Shown: piece by piece, positions 53,708-62,170 of the stretch | Numbering within the stretch: position 1 is the first letter of the stretch | Layout: each line of letters begins with the position of its first letter | Source of the DNA: an uncultured bacterium | GTDB lineage: Bacteria > AUK180 | Direction of reading: 5' to 3' | Length of the DNA stretch: 64,000 nt | Assembly (NCBI GenBank): GCA_937863565.1 | Contig: CALMGJ010000011.1 | Coordinates: forward strand, 124,001-188,000 | Position numbers and translations under genes: made by a program | The notes under the pieces: generated by a model | The model's database searches: none | The model's input: the letters and a program-made list of their open reading frames with translations, nothing else | What the model was told of the DNA's origin: nothing

Positions 53708-55570
53708 ATGAAAGGAAGAATCCTATTTGTTGTTCTGTTCCTGACATTTTTTTCGGCGGCCTTCTCCGCTACGATAAAAGAGGGCATGGACCTTTACAAT
53801 GCCGGTCGCTTTGAAGAAGCGGAGGTCGTTTTCCGGGACATCATAAAGGTGAATCCGAACGTTTATTCCATTTACAGGTATCTCGTTGCTTCGCTTTTTG
53901 AACAGAAGAAGTTCGCAGAGGCGCTGATATACATTAAAAAACTCGAGAATGGCGGAGTGTACGCGAAAAAATATATCGATTACGAGACCTATATCAAGAT
54001 ACTTATCGAACAGGAGCGCCTTGATGAAGCCGTAAAAAAGGCGGGAGAAGCGCTTAATGTGATCGAAGAGCCCCCCGTTCAGGAAAAGATCCGTGATCTG
54101 ATTGTGCTTGCGCACATTAAAGCGGAGCGTCCGCATGAGGCGGTCAATGCGATCAAGGGTTTCTCCGATTGGGAGAAAAATCCCTCTCATCTTTACAATA
54201 TCGGCGAGATCCTCGTCAATAATTCAGAGGACGATACCGGATTGAGATACCTTTCTTCCTGTTATAAGATCGCTCTCGAAACAGAAAATCTTGCCATGCA
54301 GGAAAAGGTTTCCTCGTTCTTGAACAAGAAGATCGCAGACATTAAAAACCAGCCGGTAAAGATCCTGTTTTTAAAGAAGATCGTTTCTGCCGGCATAGAT
54401 AATCCCGATCTGAAGAAGATGCTTGAGACCTTGATGCGCGACAATACTTACAGGGCAAGGATCGCCAAATTCAATGAGCTCATGGCTTCTCCCGACCTTA
54501 AAAAGATAACGAATTTCGTTGTTCTCAAAGAAGCACGCGAGCTTCTTGCCTCTATGCATCTTGAGTTCCCTGAAAGGGATTTTTCTACTCTGGACGCACG
54601 GTTGAAAAAGGAGAGCACATCCCATATGATCCTTCTTGCCGGGATCGGATTCGGTTTTCTCCTGGTCGTTTTCATTGTGGTTCTGATCGTTAAAGGCGCT
54701 GCAAAAGCCGCAAAGAAATTGGCGCTTTCTAAAGATAAAAAGAAAGCGCGCATTGCCGCTGCCAAAGAGGAAAAAGCGGCACGGATCAAGAAACAACCTG
54801 AGCCGAAAAAAGAGAAAAAAGGGAGACCGGTCGCCATAGAAGAACCGGAGAGCGGACAGACCTCCGAGACCGGAGAGGCGGCTGCCGAAGGGATTTCTCC
54901 CGAGAAGCCGGATGAGATTCCTATCGTCCTTAGTGAGAGCGAGCCCTTGCATTCGGATGAAGAAGGCCCCTCGGGCGGAACGCCCTCCGATTCGATCCTG
55001 GACGACGCGCTTCTTCATGAGGCGGAGAGGGTCGGTGCTCTTGTAGAAGACCGCGGTCCTTCTGATGAAGCAAGTTCTTCTGATGAAGCGCTTTCTTCTC
55101 ATGAAGCGCATACTTTGGAATCTGGGGTTCCTCCGGAAACCGCCACTTCTGCCGTTGACGATGTTACCCAAAAGGAAGAGATTCCGGCCGAGCCGGAGCT
55201 GGTCCCTGTTCCGGACAGTTCGGATATCCCACTTGCCGACCCGGAGAAAGACCTGCGCAGAGAATTCCTTACGATATCGTCCGAGGAGGAAAAAGCTTTT
55301 ATTCAGAACAACAATATCGGGCAGAATATTATGGATTCTTTCAAGATGCTCCATTTTTTTAAAAAATCCGATCTTTCAAAGGTCCTTGAGATCTTGCGCG
55401 GCGCAGATCTGAAAGTACACGGGGATGCCGTGCGCCTTATTGTCGAGGGTATCGAAACAGATGTTAACACTTTCGAGAAGGCCGGCATTTGTTATTTTTA
55501 TTATAAGAACACCGGCATTGCCGATAAAGCGGAGCATTTCAAAGAGCTGGGCATTAAATTCAAAAAGTGA
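53708..55570 (+). CDS. Bitopic protein: signal peptide, TPRs, TM helix, Lys-rich then acidic low-complexity linker, small C-terminal helical domain
   Basis: MKGRILF..AFSA signal; TPR units; TM ILLAGIGFGFLLVVFIVVLIV; E/S/P-rich tail. Confidence 0.8.
   Translation: MKGRILFVVLFLTFFSAAFSATIKEGMDLYNAGRFEEAEVVFRDIIKVNPNVYSIYRYLVASLFEQKKFAEALIYIKKLENGGVYAKKYIDYETYIKILIEQERLDEAVKKAGEALNVIEEPPVQEKIRDLIVLAHIKAERPHEAVNAIKGFSDWEKNPSHLYNIGEILVNNSEDDTGLRYLSSCYKIALETENLAMQEKVSSFLNKKIADIKNQPVKILFLKKIVSAGIDNPDLKKMLETLMRDNTYRARIAKFNELMASPDLKKITNFVVLKEARELLASMHLEFPERDFSTLDARLKKESTSHMILLAGIGFGFLLVVFIVVLIVKGAAKAAKKLALSKDKKKARIAAAKEEKAARIKKQPEPKKEKKGRPVAIEEPESGQTSETGEAAAEGISPEKPDEIPIVLSESEPLHSDEEGPSGGTPSDSILDDALLHEAERVGALVEDRGPSDEASSSDEALSSHEAHTLESGVPPETATSAVDDVTQKEEIPAEPELVPVPDSSDIPLADPEKDLRREFLTISSEEEKAFIQNNNIGQNIMDSFKMLHFFKKSDLSKVLEILRGADLKVHGDAVRLIVEGIETDVNTFEKAGICYFYYKNTGIADKAEHFKELGIKFKK
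55058..55111 (+). repeat. Three in-frame 18-bp tandem repeats (PSDEAS/SSDEAL/SSHEAH)
   Basis: CTTCT(G/C)ATGAAGC recurs with 18-nt period. Confidence 0.85.
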
Positions 55571-57003
55571 AAAGGGGATTCGTTCTCGCTGTTTTCTTTT
55601 TTCTTCTTATGACAGCCTGCGATAATATAAAAAAACCGGACGTGCGGGGGTCTTTCTACCCTTTTGATGAACGGGATATTGCCGTATTCATGGATCCGGG
55701 AATGGTGGAAACTGCGTTTTCCTGCGGAGCGGTCTTCGGCCTCATTGTTCCGCATGCTGGTTATCGGTACAGCGCAAAGTATGCGCTTCCGGCATATCTT
55801 GCTGCAGCTAAGAATATGGCTTATAGGCGTATTTTTGTCCTCGCGCCCAGCCATTATTTTTCTTTTGAGGGTGCGGCACTTCCTGAATGGGACGGATTTG
55901 ACGGGATATTCGCCGTTTTAAGGACCGATAAAAAAGCGATCGACAGCCTCTCGGAGAAAAGACCTTTCTTTATTTCCAATGACAAGTTCAATAAAGAGCA
56001 TGCTATTGAAACGCAGCTTCCGTTTTTGGCACGTTTCCTGCCCGACATCCCGATCGTCCCGATAATCATCGGTACCCTTGGTGAAGGGGATTCCGAAGAA
56101 TTGGTAACGGCACTTTCCCTTTATGCCGGTGATTCGCTTTTTATCGCATCTTCGGATCTCTCCCATTATAAAACGAAAGCCCGGGCGAATGTTATGGATA
56201 AGGCGCTCATTGATGCGGTCATCAGTATGGACCGCAGATTTTTTCTGGACGAGTACCGGCGCGGGAAGATTGAGTGCTGCGGATTTTTTCCTATCTATAT
56301 TCTTATGGGCATTGCCGGAAACATGGGGAGCTCAGGCGCGCAGATTGTTTCCTTCGGCGATTCGTCATCCGTTACGGGAGACCGTGATAGAGTGGTCGGG
56401 TATGCTTCGATCGTTTTTACCGGCGAGGAGATCAAAATGATGTTGAGCGTGAAAGAAAAAACAATGCTTCTGAAATTGGCGCGCGATACGATCGCGTTTT
56501 ACCTGAAGAACGGTAAAAAGTACGATCCTCCGGATGAGATTAAGAATACATTCACCGGAAAGTCGGGGGCATTTACAACTCTCCGGAAGAAGGACGGGGA
56601 GCTGCGCGGATGTATCGGGTTCATCGTTGCCGAAAAACCGTTATGGGAAACGGTACGGGATACGGCCATTGAGTCCGCTTTCGGCGATCCGCGCTTCTAT
56701 CCTCTTAAACAGAGCGAGTTCGCATCGATCACGATCGAGATCTCGATCCTGACCATCCCCGAGAGGGTCGCGTCCGCAGACGGGATCGTTATGGGCCGGG
56801 ATGGCGTGATCGTCCGCCGAGGATGGAACCAGGGCGTATTTTTGCCTCAGGTAGCGACGGAGACCGGCTGGGACAGAACGACTTTCCTTCGGCATCTTTG
56901 CGCGGACAAGGCAGGTCTTTCACCGGATGCCTGGAAGGAAAAAGATACGGAGCTTCTCACTTTCCGCGCCATAGTGTTCTCTGAGGATGAGGTAGAACAA
57001 TAG
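55567..57003 (+). CDS. amrB: AmmeMemoRadiSam protein B (MEMO1)-protein A (AMMECR1) fusion
   Basis: PHAGY.YS, APSH, EHAIE, SSDLSHY, VVGYAS; then LRGCIG, DPRF, LPQVA. Confidence 0.93.
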   Translation: MKRGFVLAVFFFLLMTACDNIKKPDVRGSFYPFDERDIAVFMDPGMVETAFSCGAVFGLIVPHAGYRYSAKYALPAYLAAAKNMAYRRIFVLAPSHYFSFEGAALPEWDGFDGIFAVLRTDKKAIDSLSEKRPFFISNDKFNKEHAIETQLPFLARFLPDIPIVPIIIGTLGEGDSEELVTALSLYAGDSLFIASSDLSHYKTKARANVMDKALIDAVISMDRRFFLDEYRRGKIECCGFFPIYILMGIAGNMGSSGAQIVSFGDSSSVTGDRDRVVGYASIVFTGEEIKMMLSVKEKTMLLKLARDTIAFYLKNGKKYDPPDEIKNTFTGKSGAFTTLRKKDGELRGCIGFIVAEKPLWETVRDTAIESAFGDPRFYPLKQSEFASITIEISILTIPERVASADGIVMGRDGVIVRRGWNQGVFLPQVATETGWDRTTFLRHLCADKAGLSPDAWKEKDTELLTFRAIVFSEDEVEQ

Positions 57004-57029
57004 ATATCCTGCGCAAGTGTCTGGCTGTC

Positions 57030-59765
57030 GTGCGCGGAAAAATGTTTCTGCGTTATCTCGGACGCGGGGCATTTCTATTCCCTTACTTTCTGATACTTTT
57101 TCTCCATTTTCCAAAATTCCTGATCTGTTCGGTATTTGCGGCACTTCCGCTTCTGTTCGCCTTTCTTCTTTCCGACAGGAGTGTGGCCCGCGTCATAAGA
57201 CGGGAGTTCGGGGATGATGGGTCCCGGTTCTTCCACTTGTACGAGATACTTAAAAAGAACAATGGCGGTGCTCTGACGGATTTTGAGACCGGTCTCATCG
57301 TGAAAAGAATTCTGCGTTCCGCACCTCGTAAAACGGTGCCCGATATTTTTTTTCGTTTCCTCTATTCGGGTATCATACTTTTTTTAATAATTCCGTTCTT
57401 CGGCGGCACAAGCCGTGATAGGGCTCTTTTCTCTGTAAAGGAGAGGGAAGTTCTCTATAATGCCTATCTTAAAAGGCCGGTCTCCGTTTTTGTGCGCACA
57501 TACGGGGAAACCGTAAGGATATCAATGGTCAGGGCCGGTCGTGTGATCAAAAAGGCCGACATAAAGGACGGGCCTTTATGGCTGGAGAGTCCCGAAGACG
57601 GAGATATCACTCTTTCTTCGGAAGACATGTCCGTAGACGTGCCCGTGAAGGTCATCGGCCCGGCCGGTATCTCACTCAATCTTCGCACGGAAGCCGGAAC
57701 GCTCCGTGCGGGGGAGGGCGTGCTGGAAGGGGAAGAGATCTCCTATGATTGCCGGATCGACGCGTCTTGCGATACATTCGTTATGGCTCTTACCGGCGCG
57801 GAATCCGTTCCTCTTTCGGATCTATCCGGGAAATTTCGGGCGCTTGCCCCGTGTACATTTTCGGTTCACGCATATATTTCAGGGGAACTCGTAGGTGCGC
57901 TTGAGAGGCATATCCCCGTGGAAAAGAACGCGGCGCCGAAGGTCTTTATCACAAGCCCTGCGGCGGATGAGGAACTTGATGCGTTCTTTGGCGAATTCCG
58001 TTTCGCTTTCGAGGCTGAAGATGACAACGGCCTGAAGCGTCTTTCGCTCGTTCTTGAAAATGAGGGCGGGCTTCGCGGAAAATCCTATGATTTCAATGCA
58101 GGCGGTAAGAAGCATTTCTCTAAAGAGAAGATCGTTCGGCTCGAGGACCTGGCCGGATTCGAAGACCGCGTGCTGTATTTTCATGCGGAGGCAGAGGACA
58201 TGCACGGTCTTATCGGCATATCGCGCCAGTTCGCTTTCACGCTTTTCGGCAAGGATTCCCTCAAAGAGATATTCGATGATCTGTCCGGCGAGATATTCGG
58301 CGAGCTTGAGAACTCGAAAAATCTTTTCTCCCGCGAAGAATCCGAAGGAAGCGCCTTTTCCCCCGTTCCCGAAAAAGAACGTACCGAGGCTCTGAAAAAT
58401 GCCGAAAAAGCCGTGGAGAGCGTTGAAAAAACAATGGAATACCTCGAGGCTCAGATGGAGGATCTGAAGTTGGAGAACAGCATCCTTGAAAATTACCGCA
58501 GGCAGATGGAGCTTATCAGCGAGCTTCTCGACAAGGAGGTGCTGGAACTTCTCCAGAAGAAAATGCAGGGATCTCTTGACCGCAACGGACAGTCCGGACA
58601 GCTGCGCAGAGAAGACCTCGATAAAATAGCTTTCGAGCTTGAGCGGATCGTGAAGAAGCTCGAGGAATACAAAAAGGGCGTGGACGCCAAGAAGATCGCT
58701 GATAGGCTCGAAAAGACCGGGCCCGGCGACGAAAAGGACCTTGATGAAGTTTCGGATATGGCGAGTGACCTTTTTTCGAAATTCAATGAAGATGATGAAA
58801 AGGTCCTACCGAAAGAGAAAACTCTCTCCGATATGAAAGAATTGCGGGAAGAAAAAGATCCGGGATCGTTCAATAAAAAGAAGATCCCGCTCAAGGAGTC
58901 TTTCGAGAAATATGCCGAAACGAAAATGCGAGGGCAGCAACAGGATGAACTCGATGCATCGGAGCTTTTGAACGCCGCCTTTTCCATCGATCTTGCCAAG
59001 GATTCTTTTCCGGAGAACAATGCTTTCCTCTTGAAGGGGCTTGAAGGTTTAGAAAAAGAGCTTCTAAAGAACTTTTCCGTTATACTCATGCTCGATTATT
59101 CTTTATATAGGCGATTCCGTTCGGCCCTGGATCACTTCAAGAACTATGATCTTAACAAGAATGCCGGAGAATTCGTGTTCTTCCGCAATAATTATTCTTA
59201 TTTCATGGAAGACCTTCTGAGTACGCTTGAGAAGCTCAGTATGTCCTCGTGCTCGGGTTCATGTCCGAGCATATTCGAAAAATTGAACCAGATGTCAAAG
59301 GATCAGGGACAGCTCAATTCTTTTTTGGACAAACTGATGGAAGAATTGAAGAAAAACGGGCTCAATCAGAAGCTCTCGCAATCGTTAGAGCGCGCGGCTT
59401 CGCGCCAAGGGGAGATCAAGGAGGCCCTTGAGAGGCTCGGGGAAGAGATGCAGGCGGCCAAAGAACGCGGAGAGCTGTCCCGGGGCGATGCAGGAGAGGT
59501 TTTGAAAGAGATGGAGGAACTTGAGGAAAAACTCAGGGAGGCCGGAGGATACGATCCGGGCCTGACGGAAAAAGGAAGGCATATCGAGGTGAAGCTCCTG
59601 GAAATGCAGCGCGCCATGTATAAAAGAAAAGACGATAACTACAGATTCTCGGTCATGGGCCGTTTCATACAGAAGTGGTATCCCTCTATCTCCTCGAAAC
59701 TGAAAGGCGGAAAACGGACCCCGAACGATCTGGATTCTCTTATACGGGATTATAAAGAGCAATGA
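57030..59765 (+). CDS. Large membrane-anchored coiled-coil protein (DUF4175-like)
   Basis: N-terminal TMs, beta-rich middle (AEDDNGL), long E/K/Q-rich helical C-terminus; start uncertain. Confidence 0.65.
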   Translation: MRGKMFLRYLGRGAFLFPYFLILFLHFPKFLICSVFAALPLLFAFLLSDRSVARVIRREFGDDGSRFFHLYEILKKNNGGALTDFETGLIVKRILRSAPRKTVPDIFFRFLYSGIILFLIIPFFGGTSRDRALFSVKEREVLYNAYLKRPVSVFVRTYGETVRISMVRAGRVIKKADIKDGPLWLESPEDGDITLSSEDMSVDVPVKVIGPAGISLNLRTEAGTLRAGEGVLEGEEISYDCRIDASCDTFVMALTGAESVPLSDLSGKFRALAPCTFSVHAYISGELVGALERHIPVEKNAAPKVFITSPAADEELDAFFGEFRFAFEAEDDNGLKRLSLVLENEGGLRGKSYDFNAGGKKHFSKEKIVRLEDLAGFEDRVLYFHAEAEDMHGLIGISRQFAFTLFGKDSLKEIFDDLSGEIFGELENSKNLFSREESEGSAFSPVPEKERTEALKNAEKAVESVEKTMEYLEAQMEDLKLENSILENYRRQMELISELLDKEVLELLQKKMQGSLDRNGQSGQLRREDLDKIAFELERIVKKLEEYKKGVDAKKIADRLEKTGPGDEKDLDEVSDMASDLFSKFNEDDEKVLPKEKTLSDMKELREEKDPGSFNKKKIPLKESFEKYAETKMRGQQQDELDASELLNAAFSIDLAKDSFPENNAFLLKGLEGLEKELLKNFSVILMLDYSLYRRFRSALDHFKNYDLNKNAGEFVFFRNNYSYFMEDLLSTLEKLSMSSCSGSCPSIFEKLNQMSKDQGQLNSFLDKLMEELKKNGLNQKLSQSLERAASRQGEIKEALERLGEEMQAAKERGELSRGDAGEVLKEMEELEEKLREAGGYDPGLTEKGRHIEVKLLEMQRAMYKRKDDNYRFSVMGRFIQKWYPSISSKLKGGKRTPNDLDSLIRDYKEQ

Positions 59766-61069
59766 TCGATATCATCGGCGGGGGATTGGCCGGCGTTGAG
59801 GCGGCCCGCATCCTTTCTCGGAACGGTTTCTGCTGCCGGATCATCGAAATGCGCCCCGGAAAGATGACCGAAGCCCACAAGTCGGGCGCTCTGGCCGAAC
59901 TCGTCTGCTCCAATTCTTTAAAAAGCGATGATCCTCTCTGCAATTCAAAAGGCCTTTTGAAAAAAGAAATGCGCCTTCTGGGATCGCTTGTTCTCGAGGC
60001 GGCGGATGAGTGCGCCGTGCCTGCAGGCCTTTCTCTCAATGTTGACCGCGAACGCTTTTCTACGCTGATCACGGAGAGGATCGCGGGCGATCCCAATATC
60101 GAGATCGTACGGGAAGAGGCCCTTTCAATCCGCACGGGCAGGACAAGCATCATTGCCACCGGGCCCTTGACATCCGGAGCCATGGCCGAATATCTTCGCA
60201 GTGTCCTGAGGCGTGACGCCGTATATTTTTTTGATGCAGTCTCCATCGTTCTCGAGGCCGGAAGTATCGACAAAAGCAGGTGTTTTTCTGGTTCAAGATA
60301 CGGGAAGGGTTCGGGGAACATTCTCAATATGCCTCTTGACAGGGACGAGTACGGGTTGTTCTATAATACCCTTGTCAACGCGCGGACATATCCCTTGAAA
60401 GAATTCGAAAAGAATTTTTTCGAAGCCTGTCTGCCTATTGAAGTCGTTGCCAAAAGAGGTTTTGATGCCCTTACCTTCGGCACTCTCAGGCCGGTCGGAT
60501 TCGCGGAATATTCCTCCGTGCGGCCTTTTGCGGTGGTCCAGGCCAGGCCTGAGTCGCTTCTTTTCGATGCCTATGAGTTGATCGGTTTCCAGACCAATCT
60601 CCTTCAGAGTGAACAGGCCCGCCTTCTTTCAACAGTGCCCGCTTTGAAAAATGCGAAATTCATCCGGTACGGTATGATGCACAGGAACATCTATATCGAT
60701 TCTCCGGAACTCCTCAACAATGATCTGTCTCTCAAGGGCAATGAGAAGATCTATTTCGCCGGTCAGATCACCGGTGTCGAGGGCTATATCGAATCTGCGC
60801 TGTGCGGCATCCTTTGCGGTCTTTCGCTTGTTCAGAAGCTAATGGGCTTCAAGGACATCCTCATGCCCTCGTCTAGAACTCTCTCCGGCGCACTTCTCAA
60901 CTATATCACTTCGCCTCAAAAGGGCTTTCAGCCGATGGGCGCGAATTATTCCCTTCTTAACGGTGGAAGGTTCGCGCGAAAGATCAGAAAAACCCGTCTT
61001 CATGACGAGGCGATTGCCGAAATGATCTCATATATAGTTAAATTAAGAGAGCGGGGTTTGAATATCTGA
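59762..61069 (+). CDS. trmFO: Folate/FAD-dependent tRNA m5U54 methyltransferase
   Basis: IIGGGLAGVEAA, AELVCSNS, FEACLPIE, GFQTNL, AGQITGVEGYIES. Confidence 0.96.
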   Translation: MIDIIGGGLAGVEAARILSRNGFCCRIIEMRPGKMTEAHKSGALAELVCSNSLKSDDPLCNSKGLLKKEMRLLGSLVLEAADECAVPAGLSLNVDRERFSTLITERIAGDPNIEIVREEALSIRTGRTSIIATGPLTSGAMAEYLRSVLRRDAVYFFDAVSIVLEAGSIDKSRCFSGSRYGKGSGNILNMPLDRDEYGLFYNTLVNARTYPLKEFEKNFFEACLPIEVVAKRGFDALTFGTLRPVGFAEYSSVRPFAVVQARPESLLFDAYELIGFQTNLLQSEQARLLSTVPALKNAKFIRYGMMHRNIYIDSPELLNNDLSLKGNEKIYFAGQITGVEGYIESALCGILCGLSLVQKLMGFKDILMPSSRTLSGALLNYITSPQKGFQPMGANYSLLNGGRFARKIRKTRLHDEAIAEMISYIVKLRERGLNI

Positions 61070-61080
61070 TCTTCTGTGTC

Positions 61081-61680
61081 TTACCTGGATATCCACTTTA
61101 TCATAGCTACAAGAAGCGGAGGAACCGTGACCGTCAGTACGATCCCGTTCACAAGCGCTTTGAGCGCGTATTCCGGGCCTCCTGCCCGGACCGCCGGATA
61201 AAGAGTGGTATCCATTGTTGTTGCGCCGCCGGCTGCCAGCACCGCATCCGCACCGAATACCTTTGATATCGCCTGGGCAAATACGAGCGTGATCGATTCT
61301 CTTATATAATTCACGGTAAATCCGTAGAAGCCTGCGGCGGCGCCTATACCCTTGAGCATTATCGCGGAGGTTATGCTGTAATATCCCATTCCGGCTGAAG
61401 CGACGATCAATTCATTGGATTTTCCGATACCAGAGACCTTGAATACGATCGCAGTAAATAGAACGCTTCCGGCAAGCGATACAAACGGAATTGCTATGCT
61501 TCCCGGATCGATCTTCTTTATTGCATCCTTTATGTTCATTTCCATGCCCGCGCTCGCTCCCGCAAGGAACATAAGAAGATACAATAGTATTGTTCCTGCA
61601 TTGTCTACAGCATCAACGTACCCTTGGAGAAAATATCTTCCGGTCATGAAACCGATAACGAGAATAATAAGAAGGATCAG
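61081..61680 (-). CDS. lysO: LysO/DUF340 lysine exporter, C-terminal component
   Basis: GMGYYS, NYIRE, GGATTMDTTL. Start uncertain: first ATG is 61647 but a hydrophobic frame is open further upstream (CTG at 61680). Confidence 0.8.
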   Translation of the reverse strand: MILLIILVIGFMTGRYFLQGYVDAVDNAGTILLYLLMFLAGASAGMEMNIKDAIKKIDPGSIAIPFVSLAGSVLFTAIVFKVSGIGKSNELIVASAGMGYYSITSAIMLKGIGAAAGFYGFTVNYIRESITLVFAQAISKVFGADAVLAAGGATTMDTTLYPAVRAGGPEYALKALVNGIVLTVTVPPLLVAMIKWISR

Positions 61681-61949
61681 TGTCGTTTTGATATGACCCT
61701 CGCCGCCTTTTTAGCGAGTATTATCAATGCGGTGCTTCCGGTTATACCCGTAAGAGCCGCAATAAAAGATAAGAGGAGATCATGGCTGAATCCGTTTTCG
61801 ATCTTTATACCGAACCCGGCGCTCAGGGAGAAGAGAAAGAGAGACAGCACGGTAAAAAGTAGATGCCCGATACTCTTTCTAAAATGCGCTTTTTGGAATA
61901 ACCTCCCGGCCAGAAGTCCGGCAATGAACAATAATATTATCTTATACAT
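61677..61949 (-). CDS. LysO family small N-terminal component
   Basis: 90 aa, three TMs, LFLFSLSAGFG; typical partner of split LysO. Confidence 0.7.
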   Translation of the reverse strand: MYKIILLFIAGLLAGRLFQKAHFRKSIGHLLFTVLSLFLFSLSAGFGIKIENGFSHDLLLSFIAALTGITGSTALIILAKKAARVISKRH

Positions 61950-62170
61950 ATCTCTCTATAGTAGTAATAGAGCGCCCCTTTCCCTGTGTACATCCGTTTA
62001 AATACAAGAACGATGGCCGGTTTCGCCCTCAGCCTCATGTGGAAACCCTGTGAAAGAAAAGGTGACGGAAAACGGGTTTTTCCCGCCGGCCGGGAAGGAA
62101 CCGGAAAAAGAGGTGGAAAAACAGCTCCACACTGTGGAAAAAAGGAGGGATATCCACAGGTTTTTACACA
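61925..62170 (-). other. Candidate chromosomal replication origin (oriC)
   Basis: Cluster of DnaA-box-like 9-mers, GC-rich spacer, DnaA-trio run TAGTAGTAATAG (61959-61970) and AT-rich flank. Confidence 0.7.

Noticed and set aside
54371-55354. 327-aa minus-strand ORF
   Set aside because: Antisense to the TPR membrane gene; F/R-rich mirror of K/E codons.
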